From an uncultured Candidatus Saccharibacteria bacterium (lineage in GTDB: Bacteria; Patescibacteriota; WWE3; UBA101185; UBA10185), in the NCBI GenBank assembly GCA_964385105.1, contig CAYLMU010000001.1, positions 2,252-66,251 on the forward strand: DNA of 64,000 nt, read 5' to 3'. Every line of letters starts with the position of its first letter. Positions within the stretch are counted from its first letter, which is position 1. The position numbers were made by a program, and so were the translations under genes. Below the pieces are notes generated by a model. It made no database searches and had not been told where the DNA came from. It worked only from the letters and a program-made list of their open reading frames with translations. Shown one piece after another: positions 48,674-59,024 of the stretch.

Positions 48674-50509
48674 TCACTGGTAGCCTTTTCTTTGCAGTTC
48701 AAAAGCATGGCGATAAATTCCCGTGTTTAATTGCATAAGCTCTTCGTGTGTACCGTCTTCAATGATTTTTCCTTTATCCAAAACAATTATTCTGTCGGCA
48801 TTTCTTACAGTCGAAAACCTATGTGAAATTATTATTACCGTTTTTTCGTTTGCAAAGTCAAACAATCTTTCAAAAATTTCAAATTCTGCTTTTGGGTCTA
48901 TGGCACTGGTGGGTTCATCAAGGATGAGTATGGGCGCGTCCTTAAAAAATGCCCGTGCCAAAGCAATTTTTTGTTTTTGGCCAATGGAAGGTGTTATTCC
49001 TCCTTTATAAGCACGACTCAAAACCTGATCATATTTATGTGCATATGAATCAATAAATTCATGTGCTCCTGTTTTTTGCGCTGAATCTACGACTCTCTCA
49101 AAATCATTAATTAAATCAATATTACCCACACTTATATTAGTTTTGGCGTCAAAATGATAAAAATTAAACTGTTGAAACAACACACCAACCATTTCATACC
49201 AGCTTTCAGTGTCAAGATCTCTTATGTTATGCCCATTTACCAATATTGCACCTCCGGTAACATCATAAAATCTCATAAGCAGCTTTATGAGGGTCGTTTT
49301 TCCCGAACCGTTTTCGCCAACAATGGCTACATGATCTTTTGAGTTAATCGTTAAATTTAGCTTGTCAAAAATTAACCTGTCAGTGCCGGGGTAAGCAAAT
49401 GAAACGTCTCTAAACTCTATTGTAGGTGGAACATTGCTTTTGGGTAAATGAATCTCACCAGGCAGTATTTTTTCTTCAAAAGAAAGTACTTTAAAAATAT
49501 CTCTAACATATAATCCGCTTTCAAACATTTGCGAAACCCTAACAAATAAGCCTGTAAACGACATTTGAAGATTTCCTACCGTTGCCATATAAAATGTGAA
49601 ATTACCTATGGTTATCTCTCTTGCCAAAACAGCTAGAGCAGTTAACAATAATATTGCCCCGAAGCCAAAAACTCCCAGCAAATCTCCTAGTATTGATATT
49701 GCACTCCTTTTTGTTTCAACCGTAACTTGCTCTTTTTGAAAAGTGTAAAAAAGGTTATATGTTCTTTGAAGCAAATACTGTCTTAATTTAAAAATTCTGA
49801 CTTCCATCAGCGAGTCCTGATTTAAAAGGTGACTTTTAGAATCCCAGTAATCTCGTCTTACATCGCCTTTTGCCGCCCAAATGCCATAACTTCTTCTTCC
49901 AAAAATTATGTTTATAACAGCTCTTGGTAGCGTAGTTAAAAACAAAATAAATATGTATATAGGGTTTATTAAAATAATTATCGATACTGCTGTAACAATA
50001 GAAACAATTGAATCTAAAGTTACAAGCAAAGAACCTATAAATTGCTGCGGTCGAGTCTGAGAATTTTCTCTCACTTGATTTATTAAATCAAGTGTTTCAG
50101 GCTGTTCAAAAAACTCCATGTCTAAATTTGAAATTTTTGAGGTGATATCATGGCTCATATCTCTTCCAATATCAAACCATTGGAGCATTTCAAAATATCT
50201 ACTTAGACCATTTGCTAACTGTCGCAAGAACATAACACCAACAGCTACTCCTAAAAAAGTAAATAAAACAGATTGTGAAGTTGCATTTCCATCCAACATA
50301 GAAATTAAAGTATCAATAACCTTACTGTTGACCCATGAAGATAAAAAGGGAAGAACAGAGGATATCAATATTAAAATCATGTATATGCTTAACGCTTTTG
50401 GTGATTTACTAAAAGCATATTTGAGCATTAATACACTTGTATGAACAATGTCTTTAAAATCCTGGTAATACTTCTTGAAGTTTAATTTGTTGTGTTCTTC
50501 GGCAGACAT
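48674..50509 (-). CDS. ABC exporter, fused permease/ATPase
   Basis: 6 TM; GENGSGKT; signature variant PSIGQKQ; ILDEPTSAID; ISHR. Confidence 0.93.
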   Translation of the reverse strand: MSAEEHNKLNFKKYYQDFKDIVHTSVLMLKYAFSKSPKALSIYMILILISSVLPFLSSWVNSKVIDTLISMLDGNATSQSVLFTFLGVAVGVMFLRQLANGLSRYFEMLQWFDIGRDMSHDITSKISNLDMEFFEQPETLDLINQVRENSQTRPQQFIGSLLVTLDSIVSIVTAVSIIILINPIYIFILFLTTLPRAVINIIFGRRSYGIWAAKGDVRRDYWDSKSHLLNQDSLMEVRIFKLRQYLLQRTYNLFYTFQKEQVTVETKRSAISILGDLLGVFGFGAILLLTALAVLAREITIGNFTFYMATVGNLQMSFTGLFVRVSQMFESGLYVRDIFKVLSFEEKILPGEIHLPKSNVPPTIEFRDVSFAYPGTDRLIFDKLNLTINSKDHVAIVGENGSGKTTLIKLLMRFYDVTGGAILVNGHNIRDLDTESWYEMVGVLFQQFNFYHFDAKTNISVGNIDLINDFERVVDSAQKTGAHEFIDSYAHKYDQVLSRAYKGGITPSIGQKQKIALARAFFKDAPILILDEPTSAIDPKAEFEIFERLFDFANEKTVIIISHRFSTVRNADRIIVLDKGKIIEDGTHEELMQLNTGIYRHAFELQRKGYQ

Positions 50510-50765
50510 AAGGCAAGTATATATACATTATACAAAAAGAAAAGACTGTTATACCAGTAAAAAATATACTATAATAGTATTACATTAAAATAATCCCATT
50601 TATTTTTGAATAATTTCACGCATTTCTATTTTTAATAGATTTTCAAATCTTGTATTAAGTTTTGGTGTTTATTATGATTACTATGAGATGGTTAGCACAA
50701 CTTACTCTAGGTCATAATGCTAATATTCTTTGTGGTTGTAAAGTTTTTATTAATGTGGATAACTT

Positions 50766-51539
50766 ATGGAAAAGCTGCTTAACTTATTTTTTACACCAAA
50801 ATGCACCCTTTGTAATAAAGTGGTAGGAGGTGTGCTATGTAAATTTTGTTTGCAGGAATGTAAGCTAATTTATTCAACAAACTGTATCGTATGCGACAGG
50901 GCTTCGGTAAACGGCAAAACACATACAAACTGTTTAAAAATAAATGAGCGTGCACCGAATCAAAGCTTTGCAATGTTTGAGTACGATGCATATGTTCGAG
51001 AGTGCATAAAAAATGCTAAATACTCAAAAAAGCAATTTATGGCATTAAAAGTCTTGCTCAAGCACGGCATACTGGATGTAATGAGAAACGGATTAAAGCT
51101 TGACCAAAATTATATTTGCCTGCCCATACCTGTGAGTCGCAAAAAATTTCAGTCGAGGGGGTTTAATCAAGCAGAAATTATTTCTAAGCAAATTTCAAAG
51201 TCGTTTGGACTCAAGCACATGAATAACGTGTTAATTAGAAATCTAGATACTCAGCATCAACATGAAAAATCAAGAACACAAAGATACGAAAATTTAAAAA
51301 ACGCGTTCAGTATAAATAATAAATACACATCCCTAGTTAAAGACCGTAATTTTATATTAGTAGATGATATCTGGACATCAGGTGCCACATTTAAAGAGGC
51401 TTCAAAAGTACTAAAATCTGCCGGAGCTTTGAATGTATATTGTTTAGCCCTTTCAAAAAAGGAAAAAATGCTAAAATCTAAATATGATAAATTTTATTTA
51501 TCAACTCCTACGTACCGCCCGTCCAAGACAATGGCTTAA
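50766..51539 (+). CDS. comF: competence protein ComF (zinc-finger plus PRTase)
   Basis: CxxC pairs, RGFNQA, LVDDIWTSGAT. Confidence 0.92.
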   Translation: MEKLLNLFFTPKCTLCNKVVGGVLCKFCLQECKLIYSTNCIVCDRASVNGKTHTNCLKINERAPNQSFAMFEYDAYVRECIKNAKYSKKQFMALKVLLKHGILDVMRNGLKLDQNYICLPIPVSRKKFQSRGFNQAEIISKQISKSFGLKHMNNVLIRNLDTQHQHEKSRTQRYENLKNAFSINNKYTSLVKDRNFILVDDIWTSGATFKEASKVLKSAGALNVYCLALSKKEKMLKSKYDKFYLSTPTYRPSKTMA

Positions 51540-52461
51540 AAACTTAAGTGTTTTTGCTGCGCCTATATTTACCGGTACCTTATTTACCGGAAATTCGTTA
51601 ATTAAGTCTTTTGATGCATTTATTGCATTTTGTATATTATCTTCATCGGTTTACTTTTTTAACGACCTGCGGGATGCCGATAAAGACAGACTGCATCCTA
51701 TTAAAAAGAACCGTCCAATTGCTTCTGGTGCACTTTCACCCGCAGCAGCCGGAGTAGCTACCATAATTCTATTAATTATAGGGTTTATATACTCTCTTTA
51801 TTTTGTTGGAACTTATTTTGCATTCGCGGCAGCAATTTATATTTGTATTCAAATCGCATATTCACTTTATTTCAGAAACGTAATTATTATGGAATCATTG
51901 TTTGTAGCCTCAGGATTTATTATTAGGGTATTTGCTGGAGGACTGGCTTCAGAAAGTTCAATTTCTTCATGGCTGATACTAACAACAATAGGTTTGTCTT
52001 TACTTTTGGCATTCGGTAAACGACGTTCGGAAAGAACAATTCTGCTCAAAAAACTTAATCTTGATAACGACGACCAAATCGAAACACGAAAAACATTAAG
52101 GCACTACCCGGATAGTTTGTTAAACAGCATGATTTCAATGTCGGCAACATTTTGTATTTTATCTTATGCACTTTTCACATTTCAAACATCATCTCAAACG
52201 GTATACCCATCTTTGTACAATGTGCTTCCTTCTATACTGCGTAGCCCAAAATGGATGATGCTTACGATTCCGCTTGTTATTTATGGCGTAGCACGTTATT
52301 TATATGTTATTTATGAAAAAGAAGAAGGTGAATCACCTGAGCGAATTCTTTTATCAGACAGGGCACTGCTTTACACTGTAGTTTTGTGGGGAGTTTCAAT
52401 CATGGTTATTATTTATGGACTTCCTTTGTTTTTTGAGGCTATTGGCTCAGGGGTTGAGTAG
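51484..52461 (+). CDS. UbiA-family decaprenyl-phosphate phosphoribosyltransferase-like protein
   Basis: RPRQWLKN, NDLRDADKDRLHPIKKNRPIASG, FGKRRSE. Confidence 0.9.
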   Translation: MINFIYQLLRTARPRQWLKNLSVFAAPIFTGTLFTGNSLIKSFDAFIAFCILSSSVYFFNDLRDADKDRLHPIKKNRPIASGALSPAAAGVATIILLIIGFIYSLYFVGTYFAFAAAIYICIQIAYSLYFRNVIIMESLFVASGFIIRVFAGGLASESSISSWLILTTIGLSLLLAFGKRRSERTILLKKLNLDNDDQIETRKTLRHYPDSLLNSMISMSATFCILSYALFTFQTSSQTVYPSLYNVLPSILRSPKWMMLTIPLVIYGVARYLYVIYEKEEGESPERILLSDRALLYTVVLWGVSIMVIIYGLPLFFEAIGSGVE

Positions 52462-52693
52462 ACTGGGTTGATTCAAAAGTCTCAAAATCAGAAACGCTGT
52501 TTTCATCCAAGTCATTATCGATAATTGTGTAATACTCCACGTTCGTGTCTTTTTCTCCTAAAATATCGTTATTTTGGAATCTCACGTCATTTTTAAACGC
52601 GGTTAATCCAATGGTTGAAATGGGCATTAAAAGTAATCCCAATAACAAAACCATAAGCAAAACATCGGTAAAAATTCGATGAAAATTAGGCAT
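52439..52693 (-). CDS. small membrane-anchored hypothetical protein
   Basis: GGAGG before ATG; TM plus acidic tail. Confidence 0.55.
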   Translation of the reverse strand: MPNFHRIFTDVLLMVLLLGLLLMPISTIGLTAFKNDVRFQNNDILGEKDTNVEYYTIIDNDLDENSVSDFETFESTQSTQPLSQ

Positions 52694-53264
52694 CATCACC
52701 TCCAAATCTTAAAATATAATCCTCTTCAATATCTATGTACTCTTCTTTAATAACTGAAGAATTTAGCTCAGCTTCACGTTCAATATCATAAATAAATAAA
52801 CCTGTTGAAATTAAAGCTAAAACTAAAGAAGTTACAAAAACCCACGAAAAAATAAATCCTGTAAAAAACATGAATCCGGCTACTAGAGTAACCAGGTATA
52901 AATAAGACAGCCATATTGTACCCTGAGAATAAAGATCAAAAGATGTTTGAATAAGTGAGGTGAGCCTTAAACTAAAAAGTCTTGCTGTTGTTGATGGACG
53001 AATATGCGTATCATGAAAAATATAAGATTTTAATAACACATACAAAACGCCAACCGACAAAACCAATACCATACTTAAAACCGAATAAGAATTGATTAAA
53101 ATATAATCGGAAGAAGTTTCAAACACGAAACCCGACCCACTTAACGAATAAGAAACATTAAAAATATGTGCAAAAACAACAACCGAACAAATACGCACAG
53201 TTAGCAAAACAACTGCCGGAAGTATAGCTTCATCTACTAATTTAATTAATACTTTAGAAAACAT
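52686..53264 (-). CDS. 4-TM hypothetical protein
   Basis: KLVDEAILPA, FHDTHIRP motifs. Confidence 0.75.
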   Translation of the reverse strand: MFSKVLIKLVDEAILPAVVLLTVRICSVVVFAHIFNVSYSLSGSGFVFETSSDYILINSYSVLSMVLVLSVGVLYVLLKSYIFHDTHIRPSTTARLFSLRLTSLIQTSFDLYSQGTIWLSYLYLVTLVAGFMFFTGFIFSWVFVTSLVLALISTGLFIYDIEREAELNSSVIKEEYIDIEEDYILRFGGDDA

Positions 53265-53298
53265 AGAGCAGGATTACCTTTAGTATAATGATACTATC

Positions 53299-54537
53299 AT
53301 GAGCATAAACGCGTCAATTAAAGCATATAAATTTTTGTTTTCACTGCTTCTTTTTTTAACACCGCTTCTTGTTGTAACAAACACAAATGAGCTATATGAA
53401 TTTCCTAAAATGTTTTTTGTTTACTTTGTTGGTAGTACAACAATATTTTTATTTTTTCTTCAGTATGTTTTGTCTAAAGAGCCGCCAAGTTTAAAAAAAT
53501 TTCCTATACCTGTCGCAGCTTTTTTTATAGTTAATATATTTGCAACGGCATTTTCAAGTCATTTGTACACATCTGTTTGGGGATACTACTCAAGATTTAA
53601 TGACGGTATGGTCTCTTTGTTCATTTATATTGGTTTGTTTTATATTTTCATCAATTTAAAAAACATTTTAAACATTGAAAAACTACTTATAATACCCATT
53701 ATTACATTAATACCTATAAACCTCTTTGCTATAACTCAACATTATTTTCGCCACATACCCCGCGTATACTCAACATTCGGAAACCCTAATTGGCTGGCTG
53801 TTTACATTATTATGGTGCTTCCTGTGGTACTGCACTTTTTACTGACCACAAACGAACCTCGCCAAAAAAATTTCTTTATAGCAGTATTTTTGATGTCTTA
53901 TGCGGGTTTATGGTTTACTTACTCACTTTCCGGCTTACTTGGGTTAATTGTTAGTTTGTCGGTTTATGCCTTAATAAACAAAGACACGGTGTTGAAAAAC
54001 CGTAAAACTGTAGGGGTACTATTTTGCTTGATGTTAATTTTTTCATCCCTACAGCCCGGAATATACAAAAGTCGTATCAATGATGTTTTTTTTGATTTAA
54101 AAAAAGTTCATGCACAAGAAAATAAGCAAAATGACACAAATTCAAACCAATTGTCAGACCCGGGGTTTATAAGGCTTAATGTATGGCAGGGAACATTAAA
54201 TATTGTAATGCAAAACCCTAAAAACTTTTTACTTGGAACCGGCCCTGAAACATTTCCTTATGTTTTTCAACAACATCGGCCACAAGAACTTAACTATTCT
54301 TCCGAATGGGATTTTATATTAAATAAACCTCACAACTATTTTCTGGAAATTCTTTCTGAAACCGGAATATCAGGCCTAGCTTCTTTTGTTGCAATTATGT
54401 ACATGTCTTTAAAAAACCGGCACAATTATGCAGCCGCGTCACTGGCAGGTTTTTATACCACGATGTTTTTTGGATTCCCTACAGTGGCTGTGGCCTTATT
54501 ATTTTGGCTCTACATAGGAATAGCATATGAAAAATAA
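53299..54537 (+). CDS. O-antigen ligase family protein
   Basis: STFGNPNWLA, IRLNVW, GTGPETF, KPHNYFLE. Confidence 0.9.
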   Translation: MSINASIKAYKFLFSLLLFLTPLLVVTNTNELYEFPKMFFVYFVGSTTIFLFFLQYVLSKEPPSLKKFPIPVAAFFIVNIFATAFSSHLYTSVWGYYSRFNDGMVSLFIYIGLFYIFINLKNILNIEKLLIIPIITLIPINLFAITQHYFRHIPRVYSTFGNPNWLAVYIIMVLPVVLHFLLTTNEPRQKNFFIAVFLMSYAGLWFTYSLSGLLGLIVSLSVYALINKDTVLKNRKTVGVLFCLMLIFSSLQPGIYKSRINDVFFDLKKVHAQENKQNDTNSNQLSDPGFIRLNVWQGTLNIVMQNPKNFLLGTGPETFPYVFQQHRPQELNYSSEWDFILNKPHNYFLEILSETGISGLASFVAIMYMSLKNRHNYAAASLAGFYTTMFFGFPTVAVALLFWLYIGIAYEK

Positions 54538-55120
54538 AAAACTGCTTTCACTGGCATTAATATCTGCTTATTTATACTTTATACAGTCAATATTAAACTT
54601 GTACAAAGCCGATATACATTATAAATCATCAGAAAGGTTATTAAGCAAAGGAGAGATTCAACAGGCATACACATATGCCAACAAAGCAGTAGAAAAAAAC
54701 CCAAATGAGCCAGCTTATTTTAGGCAAAGGGCAAAAATTCTTCTTATGTCAACACTTGAACAATCAGATGAAAATAAAACAAAAATTAAGAGCGGGGCAT
54801 TACGAGATCTTCAATATTCCCAAACTCTTAATCCAAATAATATGGCAACTCTACGAAACAATGCCGGATTGTATATGATTTTGGCCGTAAAAGACCTTTC
54901 TCAACCCATATCACCCACAAATATCGACAATAACTATGATTTCACTGTAAAAAATTACTTTAATTTTTTAAAACAAAGGTTTCCCAACGACGCGGGAATT
55001 TATGTGTTAACGGCAAATTTAGAAAAAAGGCTTGGTTTTGAAAAAGAGTATGAACAAACAAAAATCCAAATAAAAACATTGCGCCCTGATTTGCTTGAAT
55101 GGCATCCTGACCTGCAATAA
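54527..55120 (+). CDS. TPR-like protein coupled to the O-antigen ligase gene
   Basis: TM, ADIHY, AVEKNPNEPAY helical repeat; overlaps ligase stop. Confidence 0.7.
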   Translation: MKNKKLLSLALISAYLYFIQSILNLYKADIHYKSSERLLSKGEIQQAYTYANKAVEKNPNEPAYFRQRAKILLMSTLEQSDENKTKIKSGALRDLQYSQTLNPNNMATLRNNAGLYMILAVKDLSQPISPTNIDNNYDFTVKNYFNFLKQRFPNDAGIYVLTANLEKRLGFEKEYEQTKIQIKTLRPDLLEWHPDLQ

Positions 55121-55124
55121 CTTT

Positions 55125-56288
55125 TTATTCTATCGACACATAAGTATCTGAAACCCAACCCTCAGTAGTATCATCAACTTTAATCTTTACCCATCCTGGT
55201 GATTCTTCAAGTACACTAAGAGTATCGCCAACATTAACTCTGGCGACTTCGGTTCCGTTTAAACTTGGCTCGCTTCTAACTCTAAGCCAGCCTACACCGG
55301 TTTCTAAAATTGTAGCTTGTTTTCCGCCAACAGCACCCAATCCAAGATAGGTTTCACGGGCTTTTTCAGAAAAACCTGCACTGTCGGTTGAATTTCTTAA
55401 GTAAGCTCCTGTTTTGGCATTTTCTAGAATAGCAGCATTTGCCGTATCGACCGGTTTACCATCCGCGTCGTACAAATTACCGGCATAATCCAAATAAAAA
55501 TCAAAAACTCTATCCTTATTTACACCCAACCCTGATAAATTAACTCCTCGGGTTTGGTTCCAGTAAATAATTGCTTTCACCCATGTAGACGTATTTGACG
55601 TGATATTTATGTTATCTGAATGTACATCATAAATATTTGTTGAGTCTGGTAATAACTCAACCTTCTCAGGAACCGGCTTTGCAAAAAGATTAGTGGAAAC
55701 GTTTAGCTTATGACCGTTGTTAATTTCTATTCGCGCAGTTTGTGTTTCATGACCGGCTTTTTCTATACGCAAATCATATTCACCGGTAGACAGTTCACTT
55801 GATGAATATGGGGTTGTGCCAACTTTTGTACCGTCAACATAAACATCCGCACCTGCCGGTTCGGAAATAATACTTAAAACAATGTCAGAATCGTTTCGTT
55901 CTAGCCAAAAGTTTAAACCTCCCGAAAAAAGGTTGGAAATACCAAGATCTCGTTTCACAACTACTTCGGTACTTGGTACAAAATTAATATTCACCTCGTA
56001 TTCGCTATTTGGATCTTTAAGAACCAGGCGGTTATCACCGGGCTTTATTTCGGAAGAATTAAGAGGAGTTTTTCCAACAAGCTCACCATTAACATAAACC
56101 TCACCCTCTCCATGCATGGTTTCAACAATTAGCGAAGATTTACCTCTAAGTGCGGCCAGGTTGCGAATAAAATCAGCTCCAAAATATATAGCTGCGCCAA
56201 TTCCAAGCAAAAGCAACCCATACACTAAGAAAGTGCTTACTTTATTTGGGGCAGAGGGTTTAGTTTGGTATATAGTCGAAACGGCCAT
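55125..56288 (-). CDS. PEGA-domain and SH3b-domain surface protein
   Basis: VYVNG..VGKTP, SEPAGADVYVDG; C-terminal LRVRSEPS...GWV. Confidence 0.88.
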   Translation of the reverse strand: MAVSTIYQTKPSAPNKVSTFLVYGLLLLGIGAAIYFGADFIRNLAALRGKSSLIVETMHGEGEVYVNGELVGKTPLNSSEIKPGDNRLVLKDPNSEYEVNINFVPSTEVVVKRDLGISNLFSGGLNFWLERNDSDIVLSIISEPAGADVYVDGTKVGTTPYSSSELSTGEYDLRIEKAGHETQTARIEINNGHKLNVSTNLFAKPVPEKVELLPDSTNIYDVHSDNINITSNTSTWVKAIIYWNQTRGVNLSGLGVNKDRVFDFYLDYAGNLYDADGKPVDTANAAILENAKTGAYLRNSTDSAGFSEKARETYLGLGAVGGKQATILETGVGWLRVRSEPSLNGTEVARVNVGDTLSVLEESPGWVKIKVDDTTEGWVSDTYVSIE

Positions 56289-56361
56289 ATTAATTAGTAA
56301 CTCCAAATTAGCATGTAGGTGGTAAAATATCAATGTTATTGTGAACGCGGTAAGTTATAAT

Positions 56362-56438
56362 TGGAGATCCGGGCGGGATTCGAACCCGCGAATAAGGGTT
56401 TTGCAGACCCTCCCCTTAGACCACTTGGGTACCGGACC
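56362..56438 (-). tRNA. tRNA-Cys(GCA)
   Basis: GGTCCGG...AGGGT-CTGCAAA-ACCCT...GGTTCGAATCC...CCGGATCTCCA. Confidence 0.95.
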
Positions 56439-56579
56439 TTATAGGACTATATACTAACATGATTTAGGATAACTAACTACTTGAACTTCGCTTTTTGTTC
56501 GGATAATATGGGGTGACTGAAATACCATTCCAGAATATATTCACTAAATGAAGACTTCTTTTCTACTTGGACATCAGAG

Positions 56580-57236
56580 ATGGCTTATGTGCTAGGTTTT
56601 TGGTATGCGGACGGATACATGCGCCACGACAAATCATACAGAGTGGTATTTAGCTCTAAAGATTCGGAACACCTTACTGAAATAGCACATATACTACCTT
56701 CTACATCACCTATTGAACACATACGCGATTCCTACTCTCTACTTGTAGTAAGATCAAAAAAGCTTTATATAGACTTACTTAATCTAGGCGGGACACCAAA
56801 TAAATCTAAAACACTCAGATTTCCGGCTATTCCACGATTTTATATTAGAGATTTTATTAGAGGATATTTTGATGGTGATGGAAGTGTACACAAGATTACA
56901 TATAAAGCGAGTAAAAATGGAAAGCAATATACTGAATTTAGGAGCAATTTCACTTGTGGCACCAGAAGCTTTCTGGTCACTCTTGAAGATATTTTACACA
57001 AAGAAGTAAATTTACAAAAAAAAGTAATTGGTCAATACGGAATAAATCAATTTAAACTTGGATACGGTCAAAAAAACACACTCCAACTACTTGAGTACAT
57101 GTATTATGACAAATGTCAGTGCTCCTTAAAGAGAAAAGCAATGTACCTAAATATGATGAAGTTGCAGAAAATCAGTTATAATGAGGAAAAACATGAACTC
57201 AAAAGAAATACTAAACAAATACATAAACTTTTATAA
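56580..57236 (+). CDS. free-standing double-motif LAGLIDADG endonuclease-like protein
   Basis: AYVLGFWYADG and FIRGYFDGDG; frame is open upstream to 56517. Confidence 0.88.
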   Translation: MAYVLGFWYADGYMRHDKSYRVVFSSKDSEHLTEIAHILPSTSPIEHIRDSYSLLVVRSKKLYIDLLNLGGTPNKSKTLRFPAIPRFYIRDFIRGYFDGDGSVHKITYKASKNGKQYTEFRSNFTCGTRSFLVTLEDILHKEVNLQKKVIGQYGINQFKLGYGQKNTLQLLEYMYYDKCQCSLKRKAMYLNMMKLQKISYNEEKHELKRNTKQIHKLL

Positions 57237-59013
57237 AGAACGCGGGCATCGGCTAATACCAAACGTTTCACTTGTTCCTGAAAACGACCCAACACTTTTA
57301 TTCGTAAACTCTGGAGTTTTTCTGTTGGTACCGTATGTTTTCGGAGAGACCCACCCTTTGGGCAAAAGGTTAATGAATGTACAACGATGTGTACGTTTTG
57401 AAGACCTTGAAAATGTGGGCATATCAAACAGGCACACAATTGCGTTCCACATGATCGGCAACTGGAGCTTGGGGGATTATTTTAAAGAGACTCAACTTCC
57501 GTGGAAATATGAGTTTTTTATTGAAGTTCTTGGACTTGATGTTAATAAAATTTATGGAACTGTTTTTGCTGGCGATAGCAACGCACCCAAAGACAGGGAA
57601 TCTGTTGAACTCTTAAAAAATATTTTTGCAAAATATGGAATTGATGCTAAAGAAGGCGAGAGGATTTTTGCATATGGAAAAGATTCAAACTGGTGGAAAA
57701 GAGGAGATGCCGTAGGTGAGCCCGGAGGACCAAGCAGTGAAATTTTTTATTACATCGGCTCTGACGGAGACGGCAATGGTTTAGATCCTGCTGAAAACGA
57801 GGATTTATTTATTGAAATCGGCAATAGTGTGTTTATGCGGTATAAAAAAACAGAGAACGGGTGGGAAGAACTTGCACAAAAAAATGTTGACTTTGGCGGC
57901 GGGCTTGAACGTATTGCGTTAGCAGTTCAAAAAAAACAAGATATTTTTGAAACAGACAACTTTTGGCCGATTATTCAAAAAATAGAAGAAATAAGCGGAA
58001 AGCAGTATGGTTATGATGAAGTTACTACAAAAGCAATGAGAATTTTAGCCGATCATATGAGAACTGCCACATTTATGGCCATGGACGATGTGATGCCGTC
58101 AAACAAAGATCGCGGTTATTTAATGCGCAGAATTTTAAGAAGAATGGTGCGAGCTGGAAAAACCTTAAATCTTGAACAAGGTATATCAACCACGTTATTG
58201 CCTGTTGTCGCCGAAACTTTTGAGTGGCTCTATCCGCAAATAATCCAAAAACAAGAAAAAATCCAACAAGTATTTGAAGAAGAAGAAAATAAATTTAGAA
58301 AAACCCTCAATAAAGGCTCAAAAGAAGCAGAAAAAATCCTGAACTCTTTTAAAGGGAGCGAGGCGGATCTTGGTAAACATGCTTTTAATTTGTACCAATC
58401 AATGGGTTATCCGGTTGAAATATTTATTGAAGACATAAAAGACTATGGTTTAGAGGTTGAGTTAGACGAAATTGAAGAAGAATACGAAAATTTAATAAGC
58501 GAGCACAAAAACCAATCACGTGAAGGTGCTGAACAAAAGTTTAAAGGAGGTTTGGCCGATACAAGTGAACAAACTATTAAATATCACACAACTACACATT
58601 TGTTGCATTGGGCTTTAAGACAAACATTAGGTTCCCAAGTTCAACAACAAGGAAGCAATATAACAGGCGAAAGGTTGAGATTTGATTTTTCCTGGTCTGA
58701 ACAATTAAGCACTAGCCAAATAAAAAAAGTAGAAGAGTTTGTTAACGAAAAGATAGGTGAGGCACTACCGGTGCAATGTGTTGTTTTACCACGCGAAGAA
58801 GCAGAAAAAACAGGCGCTTTAAGTTTTTTTAAAGAAAAATATGCAGATTTGGTAAAAGTTTATTTTATTGGAGAAACTATAGAAAATGCGGTAAGTAAAG
58901 AATTCTGCGGTGGACCACATGTAGAAAACACAGGCGAATTAAAACCCATTGAAATTTATAAACAAAAAAAGCTTGGCGAGGATGTGATTAGGGTTTATGC
59001 AAGGTTTAGATAG
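57193..59013 (+). CDS. alaS: alanine--tRNA ligase lacking C-Ala domain
   Basis: DPTLLFVNSG, GNWSLGDYFK, GLERI, HTTTHLL, EFCGGPH. Confidence 0.95.
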   Translation: MNSKEILNKYINFYKERGHRLIPNVSLVPENDPTLLFVNSGVFLLVPYVFGETHPLGKRLMNVQRCVRFEDLENVGISNRHTIAFHMIGNWSLGDYFKETQLPWKYEFFIEVLGLDVNKIYGTVFAGDSNAPKDRESVELLKNIFAKYGIDAKEGERIFAYGKDSNWWKRGDAVGEPGGPSSEIFYYIGSDGDGNGLDPAENEDLFIEIGNSVFMRYKKTENGWEELAQKNVDFGGGLERIALAVQKKQDIFETDNFWPIIQKIEEISGKQYGYDEVTTKAMRILADHMRTATFMAMDDVMPSNKDRGYLMRRILRRMVRAGKTLNLEQGISTTLLPVVAETFEWLYPQIIQKQEKIQQVFEEEENKFRKTLNKGSKEAEKILNSFKGSEADLGKHAFNLYQSMGYPVEIFIEDIKDYGLEVELDEIEEEYENLISEHKNQSREGAEQKFKGGLADTSEQTIKYHTTTHLLHWALRQTLGSQVQQQGSNITGERLRFDFSWSEQLSTSQIKKVEEFVNEKIGEALPVQCVVLPREEAEKTGALSFFKEKYADLVKVYFIGETIENAVSKEFCGGPHVENTGELKPIEIYKQKKLGEDVIRVYARFR

Positions 59014-59024
59014 GATTAATATAC

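Noticed and set aside
53299-55120. O-antigen ligase and TPR ORF as one frameshifted gene
   Set aside because: The second ORF has its own ATG with an AGGA upstream and an 11-nt overlap, consistent with ordinary translational coupling.
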